Shown here: positions 32,786 through 41,874 of the stretch, in pieces
How the letters are laid out: each line of letters starts with the position of its first letter
How positions within the stretch are numbered: position 1 is the first letter of the stretch
Source: Acidimicrobiales bacterium
GTDB taxonomy: Bacteria > Actinomycetota > Actinomycetes > Mycobacteriales > QHCE01
Assembly (NCBI GenBank): GCA_003243955.1
Contig: QHCE01000055.1
Location: 1 to 63,557, forward strand
Reading direction: 5' to 3'
DNA length: 63,557 nt
Position numbers and translations under genes: made by a program
Notes under the pieces: generated by a model
Database searches by the model: none
What the model saw: the letters and a program-made list of their open reading frames with translations, nothing else
What the model was told of the DNA's origin: nothing

Positions 32786-33742
32786 ATGGTGTCAGATCCC
32801 CCCGTCGATCAACCCGCGCCCAATCCAGCTGCGGTGCCTCCTGTGCCTCCTGTGGAGTCGCCCCTGGAGGTGGAAACCGCTTTTCTCACGTCTCCCACTG
32901 ACGCGGCTCTGGAAGATCAACGGGAGCGGCTACGGCTGCTGATGGACCGTGGTGCGCTGGTCGTGTTGCTCGTTGCCGCGATCACGTTTTTCGCCGCGGT
33001 GATCAATTCGCTACGGGGCAACTTTCAGTTCACGCACTGGATCTTCCCCGTCGTGGCAGTGCTGATGGGGGTTGGGCTATATTTCGGGGCCGAGCGCATG
33101 GCTAGCCGCCCAGACCACGCGGTTGAAGTTCCCGCTGACCTGGCGTCGGTGCTCAACGATTTAACGATCGCGCGAGGTGAGGTCATTGCTACCGCGCCGC
33201 GAGTGCTTAACCCCGATGAACTCACCCAGGTGCTCAGCGATACGCAAGAGCGACACACGGCTGCTTTCAGCGCGGCCCAGGAAACGCTAAAGGCTCTTCG
33301 TGCTGGGGATATAGAGCGCGCATCGGCTTTGGGAACCGAGGTGTACCGCCACACCGATATTATTGAGCACATACGGGACGATCTACAGGGGGAATGGGAA
33401 GCATCTACGCCGATACCCGAAGGTTACATCGGTGATGTGGAAGCGCCTGAAGTAAGTGGGTCACGAAGGTCTGGCCTCGCAGAGCCGGGCTATTTTGCGG
33501 CGCCCGTACAGCCAACAGAGCCGGGCTACCCGGCTAGTTACCCTGTAGAGCCGAGCTCGCCCGTGCAGCCTCCGCCGTCGGGCTATTCCACTGCGCCTGT
33601 ACAGCCGGGTTATGACGCTGCAATCCCCGCGGCGGAGGCGAGTAGGGCGTTTTGGTCTCGTCCCGATTCGACTCAGAATCCCAGTGCGGCTCCTCGGCCG
33701 GATGAGGGCCGATCGGGCAGATCTTCTGGGCCGGTGGATTGA
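32786..33742 (+). CDS. Hypothetical 2-TM membrane protein with helical domain and Pro-rich tail
   Basis: Two hydrophobic segments then helical region; co-oriented with the T4SS genes. Confidence 0.65.
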   Translation: MVSDPPVDQPAPNPAAVPPVPPVESPLEVETAFLTSPTDAALEDQRERLRLLMDRGALVVLLVAAITFFAAVINSLRGNFQFTHWIFPVVAVLMGVGLYFGAERMASRPDHAVEVPADLASVLNDLTIARGEVIATAPRVLNPDELTQVLSDTQERHTAAFSAAQETLKALRAGDIERASALGTEVYRHTDIIEHIRDDLQGEWEASTPIPEGYIGDVEAPEVSGSRRSGLAEPGYFAAPVQPTEPGYPASYPVEPSSPVQPPPSGYSTAPVQPGYDAAIPAAEASRAFWSRPDSTQNPSAAPRPDEGRSGRSSGPVD

Positions 33743-33905
33743 TCTAGTACTACCCGTTTCGTGTAGTTTTACTCGGTATTCTGGTTTTGCGTTAGTAATA
33801 GACGTTCAGCGGAGCTTCTCGGCTGTCGCCGGCGGCGCATAATTGGATTAGGCAGCCTAGGTGGGCGTCGGCTCAGTACCATGCACCGCGAAGGGGGTGG
33901 CGCGC

Positions 33906-35540
33906 GTGAGTGCTAACAACAGCGGCAACCGGCAGCAGAATCAGCCTGGCACGGCTGGCTGGATGCCATCCGCGCCGCCCGCATATCGCGGTCCAGCTCA
34001 GCTGAGCCCACCGCACTCAGGACAAAGTAGCCCCATGCCGGTTTCTGGCCGCCCGGTATCCGGCCCAACCCAGTACGGCCGTCCGACCAGCGCTCCGGCA
34101 GGTCCACCAGGGAGGCAGGGTGCTCCCGCTAGCGTTCCCCCCGGCTATGCGCCATCTACTAGCGGCTTTCCGGGCAGCTACGGTCCTCAGGGCTCCCCAA
34201 CCCATCCGGGTGCGCCTGGCATGTTCGCCCCACAGCAGAACCGGTATCCAGAGCCTGGAACAATTGAACAACTGCCCGGAGGAAAAAACAAGAAAAAGAA
34301 GCGGTCGCTGTGGGACGCTTTTATGGGCGACCTGGGCAAGAACAAACGTAACCAGGGCCGCAAATCACGTTCACGCTCACCCGAAAGCCCCTCGCCGTTG
34401 GCGGCATACGGCAGCCTGGATCACCGCCTCGGGATGTCTGAAGGCGTGTTGCAGCAGCAACCGCCAGGCTTTCGGGTAGAAGACGGCGTAGTCGTTCCCG
34501 ATGATGCTCGACTGAAAAAAGCTCGTCGTCGTGGTCCGGGCATGGGCGGCGGGCGCTGGCAACGCTTTGCTTTCCTCACCGCGATGCTGCTAGCGATGGC
34601 GCTGTTGATGGCACTCGGGGTGGCCCGTTTGGTGGCCGGCGCTCCCACGAACGACGCAAAGCTTTCGGCGGGAACGAACTTTCCGAGCGAAGGCGCCGCC
34701 GGATACGTCGAGCGGTTTACCAAGATTTTCTTTAGCTGGAATGAAGGAGACCCACCGCCACGGCAGAACGCACTCGCAACCTATTTTCCAGCGGCTGGTC
34801 AGACCAACTACGGCTGGAACACCAAAGGTCATCAAGAGGTATCTGATATGCCGGTGACGCTGCACATCGATGTGGAAAACGACCATCGGGCGGTGATTAC
34901 CACTGGCGCGTCGGTGGTAATGAACCCGGGTAATCCGAAGCCAGACGTGAGATTTTTGTGCTCGGCTACCTCGGTGTATGCGGCAAATAAAGACTCATAT
35001 GCCATCGACTCGTACCCGGCATTGGTGGCCTGTCCACCGCCGGCCGCGGTAAACGTGAAGCAGGATCAGCCCGACCTGGATAGCAGCGCAGCCGCCGCTG
35101 AAATCAAAAACATAGTCGAAAAATTCTTTACAGCATACGCGACAAACGACTCGGGCACATTCGACCTCGTGCTCGACCAAGGAGCCAATGTTACCGCTGG
35201 TTTAAACGGGGATCGCAAGATTGACGGAAAGCCAACGGTGCGGGTGGTCAAACCCGCCGAGGGCGCGGATGCTTCGCTGCGTGAGGTTCGCGTTCAGGTC
35301 AATTGGCTGCAAACAGAGGGCGGTTCAAGCTCAAGCCTGTCGGAGTATGCCATCACCGCCAAGCTGGTAGGTGGCAGCTGGAAGATTGCTAAGTTGCGCC
35401 CCGCTCTGCCCTCGGCGGATCTGCAGCCTGAGACGAGTGCTGAGCAACGAAAGCAGCTTCAGAACAATGCTCCTGGTTCCACCGGTGCCAATAGCGGCCA
35501 ATCTGCTACGTCGAGCGGTCGAGCTAACGGCGGTCCTTAG
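33906..35540 (+). CDS. TcpC/ConB (VirB8-like) conjugal transfer protein
   Basis: Pro/Gly-rich N-terminus, one TM, two repeated domains beginning YVERFTKIFFSW and IVEKFFTAYA; position before tcpE/virB4. Confidence 0.7.
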   Translation: MSANNSGNRQQNQPGTAGWMPSAPPAYRGPAQLSPPHSGQSSPMPVSGRPVSGPTQYGRPTSAPAGPPGRQGAPASVPPGYAPSTSGFPGSYGPQGSPTHPGAPGMFAPQQNRYPEPGTIEQLPGGKNKKKKRSLWDAFMGDLGKNKRNQGRKSRSRSPESPSPLAAYGSLDHRLGMSEGVLQQQPPGFRVEDGVVVPDDARLKKARRRGPGMGGGRWQRFAFLTAMLLAMALLMALGVARLVAGAPTNDAKLSAGTNFPSEGAAGYVERFTKIFFSWNEGDPPPRQNALATYFPAAGQTNYGWNTKGHQEVSDMPVTLHIDVENDHRAVITTGASVVMNPGNPKPDVRFLCSATSVYAANKDSYAIDSYPALVACPPPAAVNVKQDQPDLDSSAAAAEIKNIVEKFFTAYATNDSGTFDLVLDQGANVTAGLNGDRKIDGKPTVRVVKPAEGADASLREVRVQVNWLQTEGGSSSSLSEYAITAKLVGGSWKIAKLRPALPSADLQPETSAEQRKQLQNNAPGSTGANSGQSATSSGRANGGP

Positions 35541-35633
35541 AGTGAGGGTGAGGCAGATGCATGATTGTCGCTGAATTGAAGTTCAGGCCGCGTTGTCGGT
35601 GCCAGCGATGGCGCTGAGATAAAGGAGATTGTC

Positions 35634-35918
35634 ATGATTCACGAGTTTGCCGCACAGGTTGTGGCCACCCACGGCGCTGACGTGCTGTACCTGGCTACAG
35701 ATGGCAATAAAATTGCAGGTGGCGTCAGGGATTTCATCGCGCCGCTTGCCGCGATCATCATCGGAGTGATGGGGATCCGATATTTAATTGGTGACCAGCG
35801 CTCTATGGCCGGATTCATCGGATTCCTGCTACTGGGCATCATTGTGTATGCGTTCATCAAGTACGGCAAGGAAATTCTTGACTCCTTCAGCCAGCTTTTA
35901 CAGGGTTGGCTCGCCTAA
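35634..35918 (+). CDS. Small 2-TM protein (TcpD/ConC positional equivalent; possibly pilin-like)
   Basis: 94 aa, AAGGAG RBS, two hydrophobic helices, between tcpC and tcpE. Confidence 0.65.
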   Translation: MIHEFAAQVVATHGADVLYLATDGNKIAGGVRDFIAPLAAIIIGVMGIRYLIGDQRSMAGFIGFLLLGIIVYAFIKYGKEILDSFSQLLQGWLA

Positions 35919-35970
35919 GGCTGGGTCGCGAGAAGCGATTGTCATCTGATGTGCGTGGGGAGGAGGAGCG

Positions 35971-36414
35971 ATGCTGGTCCGGACTTTTACCAGTACCTGG
36001 AACCTGCGTACCAAAATCTATGCGTTTGAAGATGTCAAGGTTCCGATCAAGGGTGGCATCACTGTGCCGCAAATCCTTGCCGGCCTTGGTGTGGCCATGG
36101 TCTGGATCCCGCTCTGCCTAATCATTCAGATGCCCTCATGGATTCCCAATCCCGGCATTCTGGTCGGAATTATGGGAGTTCCGCCGGTGCTTGCGCTGCT
36201 GAAAGCTGATACGCCAGTAGCGCATGAGAAAACCACGGAAGAGTGGCTCACTTCCTGGCTTACCCGCCAGAGCGAACCGCGCCGAGTAGGGGCACTAGGG
36301 GTGGTTCCCAAAGGCCACAAAGTGCTCTTAACCGCCACGCATTGGGTGCCCCGTTGGGGTCGCGATGAGTGGCTTCGATCCACAGCGCGTTTCCAGGAAA
36401 GAGGTAGCGGCTAA
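35971..36414 (+). CDS. TcpE/ConD (VirB3-like) membrane protein
   Basis: RTFTSTWNLRTKIYAFEDVKVP..ITVPQ N-terminus, 2 TM, coupled to virB4. Confidence 0.78.
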   Translation: MLVRTFTSTWNLRTKIYAFEDVKVPIKGGITVPQILAGLGVAMVWIPLCLIIQMPSWIPNPGILVGIMGVPPVLALLKADTPVAHEKTTEEWLTSWLTRQSEPRRVGALGVVPKGHKVLLTATHWVPRWGRDEWLRSTARFQERGSG

Positions 36415-39400
36415 TGGGCGGTTTCATTACCATTGTTATCATTTTCCTGCTGGTTGGTGTGGGCGGATACGTATATACCGAGTGGCAAAAGCGAGGCAGC
36501 CTACAGCGGGACAAGCCGGCGCTTCCGCACCGGCTTTCGCTGCGCTACCTCGACAACACCGTGCTGCTCTCTGAACACGAGGCGTGGACGTATCTTCGGC
36601 TACCTACAGTCTCGGTGGAATTCAAAACCGCCGAGGACTGGGACCGGCTCATCTCCGCGTTCGGCCATGCATTGGCTGGCCTGACGGATTGCCGCATCCA
36701 TCTCAAGACCGCGTTTCGCGGGTATAACATTGCTAAATGGGCCGAGCAGCTAGACAAGCGCACCTATCACCCAGCACCTGGCTGGTCTGAACTGCTCATT
36801 AAGCAGCAAGAGCACCTTTGGTATGAGCAGTTCATGCAGAAGGAAGTGTATCTAGGGGTTCGGCTGGGTTACCGGAACAATGAGGCTTCTAATCAGTTCA
36901 AGAACGCACTACGGAGCATCAAGAACTTTCTCAATGTGACCGCAGACGCCCTGCTGGGGCAAGACGACGCAGTCGAGGCTAAAGAGATCGCGCGTTGGCA
37001 TGCCGCGGCCGGTCCCATTCAGCGGCTGCTGCGTGGCAGTGTCTACCAGGCAGTGCCTGCTACCTCCGATGAGGTGGCGTGGCTTTTCCGGCATCACATG
37101 CACCCCGAGATGCCGGCTCCGCCACCACCGGCGCGTGAGGGCCAGCCGTGGGGGCGCGGTGAGGTTCAATCGCTGATCGAAGGCTTGGTGGATCAGAGCG
37201 AAAGCCCGTACTACCTCAAGGTTACCCAGCCCAACTGGGATTTTCTGAACCAGCAGCGTGCCCATGAGCGCAACCCTTCAGTAACACCCAAGCCCGACAC
37301 CTCGTTCACGTCATATACGGCCACCCTGTGCATCAGTCGTATTCCTACCGAAATGGACACCTGGGACGGTAATCCGTGGATTCACCACGCCGAAGATCCT
37401 TCGTTGGGCTTTGCGGTGGAGTTCTCCGGTTACTTTGACATCACCACCCCGGCTAAGGCTAAAAAGGATGTCGAAAAGCAGGTACAGAAAGTCTCCGCCC
37501 AGCAGCGCCATATTGAGCAGGCAGGTGCTGAAGTCCCCACCCGCGTTGCCGATGCGTTCATTGCCGGTAAGCATCTGGACTCTGAGGTAGAGCGGGAACG
37601 TAAATTCTTGGTGTACGGCGCTGGCAGGCTACTGGTGTGCGCCGAAGACGCTGAAGAGCTCACCCGGCGCTGTGAGACGCTGATCGAGCATTATCGTGAC
37701 ATTGGTATTGACGTGGCTTGGACGCCCAACGATCAGTTGAGGCTGTTCATCGAGCAGTTCCCAGGGGACCGGCCACGGCTCAAGGTGCGGGCCTATCGGC
37801 AGGTGCAAGAGCTGGAGACTGTGACGGCGGGCTTGTTTACCGCGTCGAACTCCCTTGGTGACGGGGAGGGTCCATATTTGGGGCGTACTACTGGACGTAG
37901 CCAAGAAATCGTGCACTTCGATCCGCTATACGCCCCACGCAACAACAAGCCGCCTGGCGTGGCCATCGTGGGCGCCCCCGGTGGTGGGAAGACTTTCACG
38001 ACGTTGGCCACTGCCTACCAGACGGCAATGCGGGGCATAACCACTGTGCTGCTGGACCCCAAAGGTGACGCCAAAGGACTGGCGACCATTCAGGGTCTAG
38101 GAGATGTCCGAATCCTGGAGCTCGGTGCCCGCATGGCCGGGTTGCTGGATCCGTTCTCCTTGGTTGCCAGTCGTGAAGAGGGCACGCTGCTGGCCATGGA
38201 AACCATGCGTTTGCTGCTCGGTGGCGAGATGACTTCGGATCGAGAAAACGCCATCGTTTCGGCTATTCGCTATATCGCGGTGCAGCCCGAGCCTAACCTG
38301 CGTAAAGTGGTGGAGCTGTTGCTCGCGGGTGGAGTGGAGGGAATCAACCCCACCGGCACGCCCTATAACGACCAGCAGACAGCTGTCGCCAAATCAGCCG
38401 GAAACCTGCTCGAGGTGATCTCGGAGCTTCCGCTGGGCAACCTGTGCTTTTCCAACGCTCAGTCACAGGTAAAGATCGCGCAAGGCCGGCTCACGATCAT
38501 CACGTTGGCAGGGTTAACGCTGCCGTCGGCAGCAACACCACAGGATCGTTACACTTATGCGCAGCGGTTGTCGGTGACCCTGCTGTACCTGGTTACGCAT
38601 TATTCGCGATCGCTGGTTATCGACCCGCTCTACACTGGGCCGAAAGCGCTGGTTATTGATGAGGCGTGGGCCATCACGCAGACCTCGCAGGGCGCGCAGC
38701 TTGTGGCCGAAGTTGCCCGGCTTGGCCGATCGCGTAATACAGCTCTCATTCTGGTGTCTCAAAACGCTGGTGACTTGCTGGCCGAGGATGTGAAGAACTG
38801 TCTAACTACGATGTTTGTGTTCCGCTCTGAAGATCCAGCAGAGATTGCCGCGGACCTGGAGCTGCTGCGCGTTTCCGACAACCCCGAGCACCGCAACATT
38901 ATCGCCAGTTTGCCCACAGGCAAACATTCTGAGTGCATCATGCGTGATATTCGAGGCCATGTGGGCACAATGCGGGTGGACATGTCCTACCTGCCCGATG
39001 TTGTAGTCGCGTTTGACAGCACACCCGATGACGGTAGTGGCCGTATTCAGTCCGCCGCGCGCCGGATCATCACCGATGAGAGCGGCAAGATTCTAGGTGT
39101 GGTAAACACCGATGCCGAGGGCGAGCAGTTGCGGGCTTCGATTGCCGCCCAACAGCAGGCCGCTTTCGGCGGCCAGGTTCCGGTTGCGGTGCCGTTGCCG
39201 CACAGCGCCGCGCCTAGAAACACGGCTATACCAGCAAATTCTGTGCCCCCAACTTCTGTGCCACCACTGGTCGTGCCACCGATTTCGGCGCCGGCAGTGC
39301 GCTCGGCGCGGGTGGGTACCATGCCTAGTTCAGCTGCCCCAACAGGGCGAATGGGGGCAGCTGCTCCGCCAGCTTCGGTTTCACCAACTTCGGCACCTCA

Positions 39401-39584
39401 AGTTCCTGCGCATGACCCGATCAGCACTCAGGGAACGGTGTATACCAGTTCGGGACATGACGCTGATCGCGATACTGGTGTCGATGTTGACAATGCTCAT
39501 GACGCTGCCGAAAACTCTGAGCCCTCCCCAGCGCAACCACGGCGCAGGAGCTCCGCGGCACCGTCATGGTCGACTAGAGAGTAG
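36414..39584 (+). CDS. virB4: VirB4-like ATPase (TcpF/ConE type)
   Basis: Walker A GAPGGGKT, LLDPKGD, Walker B LVIDEAW, RLGRSRNTALILVSQ; low-complexity C-tail. Confidence 0.9.
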   Translation: MGGFITIVIIFLLVGVGGYVYTEWQKRGSLQRDKPALPHRLSLRYLDNTVLLSEHEAWTYLRLPTVSVEFKTAEDWDRLISAFGHALAGLTDCRIHLKTAFRGYNIAKWAEQLDKRTYHPAPGWSELLIKQQEHLWYEQFMQKEVYLGVRLGYRNNEASNQFKNALRSIKNFLNVTADALLGQDDAVEAKEIARWHAAAGPIQRLLRGSVYQAVPATSDEVAWLFRHHMHPEMPAPPPPAREGQPWGRGEVQSLIEGLVDQSESPYYLKVTQPNWDFLNQQRAHERNPSVTPKPDTSFTSYTATLCISRIPTEMDTWDGNPWIHHAEDPSLGFAVEFSGYFDITTPAKAKKDVEKQVQKVSAQQRHIEQAGAEVPTRVADAFIAGKHLDSEVERERKFLVYGAGRLLVCAEDAEELTRRCETLIEHYRDIGIDVAWTPNDQLRLFIEQFPGDRPRLKVRAYRQVQELETVTAGLFTASNSLGDGEGPYLGRTTGRSQEIVHFDPLYAPRNNKPPGVAIVGAPGGGKTFTTLATAYQTAMRGITTVLLDPKGDAKGLATIQGLGDVRILELGARMAGLLDPFSLVASREEGTLLAMETMRLLLGGEMTSDRENAIVSAIRYIAVQPEPNLRKVVELLLAGGVEGINPTGTPYNDQQTAVAKSAGNLLEVISELPLGNLCFSNAQSQVKIAQGRLTIITLAGLTLPSAATPQDRYTYAQRLSVTLLYLVTHYSRSLVIDPLYTGPKALVIDEAWAITQTSQGAQLVAEVARLGRSRNTALILVSQNAGDLLAEDVKNCLTTMFVFRSEDPAEIAADLELLRVSDNPEHRNIIASLPTGKHSECIMRDIRGHVGTMRVDMSYLPDVVVAFDSTPDDGSGRIQSAARRIITDESGKILGVVNTDAEGEQLRASIAAQQQAAFGGQVPVAVPLPHSAAPRNTAIPANSVPPTSVPPLVVPPISAPAVRSARVGTMPSSAAPTGRMGAAAPPASVSPTSAPQVPAHDPISTQGTVYTSSGHDADRDTGVDVDNAHDAAENSEPSPAQPRRRSSAAPSWSTRE

Positions 39585-39590
39585 CCGACC

Positions 39591-41720
39591 ATGACGGCCG
39601 CCGTGCACCATAGACGGTTGGCGAGAAGCGAGCTTTGCGTTGTCTCCGCCAGCGGCACCTCAGCCGCGTTTGTTGCGGAACTTTCCCGCCAGGCCGAGCT
39701 TTCCGCGCACCGGGTTCGGTTGGTCGCCGCTACATCAGGACCAAGTTGGCGGCGAGTGCTGATTAAGGTGGTGTGGCCTATATCGCCACGGTCCAAATCT
39801 AGATCAGCCTACCGCGGTCTACGGCTACCGGGGGTTGTTGCGTTGTTGCTCGGGGTGCTGCTTTCGGCGTATTTCCTAAATGCGGGCAGCGTTTCCGAAC
39901 ACTCGAATAAGCTTGTCGGAGGCTCATCCCTAGCCGCAGCGGGTTGCCCATTCATTCCACTGCCGGATACAGCTCCGAATCCCTTTGGGGACAACATAGA
40001 TCTCAAGCCATTTAAGCAGAGTTTGAATAACTTCTGCGATGCGCTCGGGAACTTTGCCAAAAATCTAAAAGATCACATACCCCAAGGCATTAAAGATGGC
40101 TTGAAATCGGCGTTCAATCAAAATCGATTCTGCTTTTCTTCCCGAGTGGCTCTAAGCCCAGAAGATCCGAATCAAGGGCTCAATAGCTTGATGACCCGGG
40201 GAGTCGGATTCTTGTTTGGATCGGACAAGGGTAACAGTACTTCTCCAACCACATGGAACCAGTACGGTACCGCGGGGGCTACGTGGAATACATATTTTCT
40301 GGACTGTTGGAATAGTGGCGGAAATGAAACCGTCAACTACGCGGCAAATTTCATATTTGATGTATCAAAAGTATTTTCTGTGATTGCTATTTTGCTGTTT
40401 CAGGAGACTTTTAACAATCAGATTGTTGATTATTTTTTCGTGGCGCATAATGGTGCTCCGCAGTCTCCGATAGATACCATACTTCAGCAACTCAATGTTG
40501 GTATCTATGTGAACTTCTTCGCTGTCGCGGTGGTCCTTGGCGCACTCATACTGCTGTACAACAACGTGCTCCGCGGTAATGGTCTCTCCGACGCGCTAGG
40601 CAAGATCGGAATCATGGTTGCCGTAGCGGCTTTTGCCGCGGTGTTCGTCTCACAGGGCAGTAGCTACGTACAGAAAGCAAATGCCTATACCAATGAGGTG
40701 GGGGCATCAGTGCTGTCCGCGCTGACTGGCACTAGCTGCACGGACTCTGCTGGCAAAGCCATTACGACCACACCTTACGACTGCGCCGCACAGACCATGT
40801 ATGACGCTTTGGTGTTTCGTCCGTGGGCCAGCGGATACATCGGGGAATTGGAAGTACTGAACAATCCTCGCGAGACGCAGGCCCGGCGTGCGCTAGCCAT
40901 GAAGATGCTGCAGCAAAACGCCTACTCTTCGGAAGAAAGTGCTGAGATTGCACGTACGGGTACCTCGGCGCAACGGTTCATTGACGCAAAGCAGCAGAAC
41001 CGAAAGGACATGGTTCTTGGCTGGGGGGCGAGATTCATTGCCAAAGATGGCCAGCCCGCGACTACCGCATCCGATCCAAACTCTAAATTCGACCCCAACT
41101 CGTGGCGACCATACAGCCACGTGGAGACCGATCGACCCGAATATTGGAATCTCTGGAGCGGTGGAGCGGCTAATCAGCAGATGGTTGTGGCTACGCTGGC
41201 GCTCATCGCAAGTTTTGCGATGGGTACAGTACTTATCACGCTGACGGCGGCCTATTTAGTACTGCAGCTGCTGACCGTGTTGTTGGCGATAGTCGCACCG
41301 ATCATCTTTCTTATTGGGTTGGTCCCCAAATTTGGTCTTCCCGTTGTACTGCATTGGGGTGAGACCTTTATGCAGCTGTTTTTGAAACGGATAGCCCTAG
41401 TGGTCTTCGTCGGTGTGCTGTTGGCGATGTTGCACATTGTTTTCGCGCTAGCGTTGCCGTGGTGGATGCAGCTGATCCTGGTACTCGGCGTAGCTATAGC
41501 GGGCCGGGGGCACCGGCGTCAGTTTACTAATTGGGCATCCTCCGGTATGCGCGGTATGGGAAACGTCGCCGAAATCGGAACTGGCGGGGTGCGGGGCATA
41601 ATGCATACTCGTAGATCACTGAAACAGGCCCGGCAAGGTTGGCGGTCGTCGGACGGTCTCGCACTGAATGAACGGGTCGGGGTAGCCGGCCGCTCCGGAT
41701 ACGCGGGATTTGATCGCTGA
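39591..41720 (+). CDS. VirB6/ConG/TcpH-like polytopic membrane protein, paralogue 1
   Basis: Multiple TM clusters around a large loop; shares TTWxxYGxAGxxWxTYFLxC and PWAxG motifs with paralogues. Confidence 0.72.
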   Translation: MTAAVHHRRLARSELCVVSASGTSAAFVAELSRQAELSAHRVRLVAATSGPSWRRVLIKVVWPISPRSKSRSAYRGLRLPGVVALLLGVLLSAYFLNAGSVSEHSNKLVGGSSLAAAGCPFIPLPDTAPNPFGDNIDLKPFKQSLNNFCDALGNFAKNLKDHIPQGIKDGLKSAFNQNRFCFSSRVALSPEDPNQGLNSLMTRGVGFLFGSDKGNSTSPTTWNQYGTAGATWNTYFLDCWNSGGNETVNYAANFIFDVSKVFSVIAILLFQETFNNQIVDYFFVAHNGAPQSPIDTILQQLNVGIYVNFFAVAVVLGALILLYNNVLRGNGLSDALGKIGIMVAVAAFAAVFVSQGSSYVQKANAYTNEVGASVLSALTGTSCTDSAGKAITTTPYDCAAQTMYDALVFRPWASGYIGELEVLNNPRETQARRALAMKMLQQNAYSSEESAEIARTGTSAQRFIDAKQQNRKDMVLGWGARFIAKDGQPATTASDPNSKFDPNSWRPYSHVETDRPEYWNLWSGGAANQQMVVATLALIASFAMGTVLITLTAAYLVLQLLTVLLAIVAPIIFLIGLVPKFGLPVVLHWGETFMQLFLKRIALVVFVGVLLAMLHIVFALALPWWMQLILVLGVAIAGRGHRRQFTNWASSGMRGMGNVAEIGTGGVRGIMHTRRSLKQARQGWRSSDGLALNERVGVAGRSGYAGFDR

Positions 41721-41874
41721 TGAGACCTACAATTACCGCAAACAGCGCGGATGGACCGCGGAACTACGCCTATGCTGGTGTTATTGCACCACGGCTGTAC
41801 GGCGAACCCGGCACCTCTGGGGGAGCAACCCGGCATGCAGCGGGGCACGTGTATCACGAGCGATCGGACACCTG

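Noticed and set aside
36414..39584. Type VII (EccC/FtsK) or TraB interpretation of the ATPases
   Set aside because: Single ATPase domain with VirB4-type context; no WXG100, mycosin or EccD-like genes recognised.
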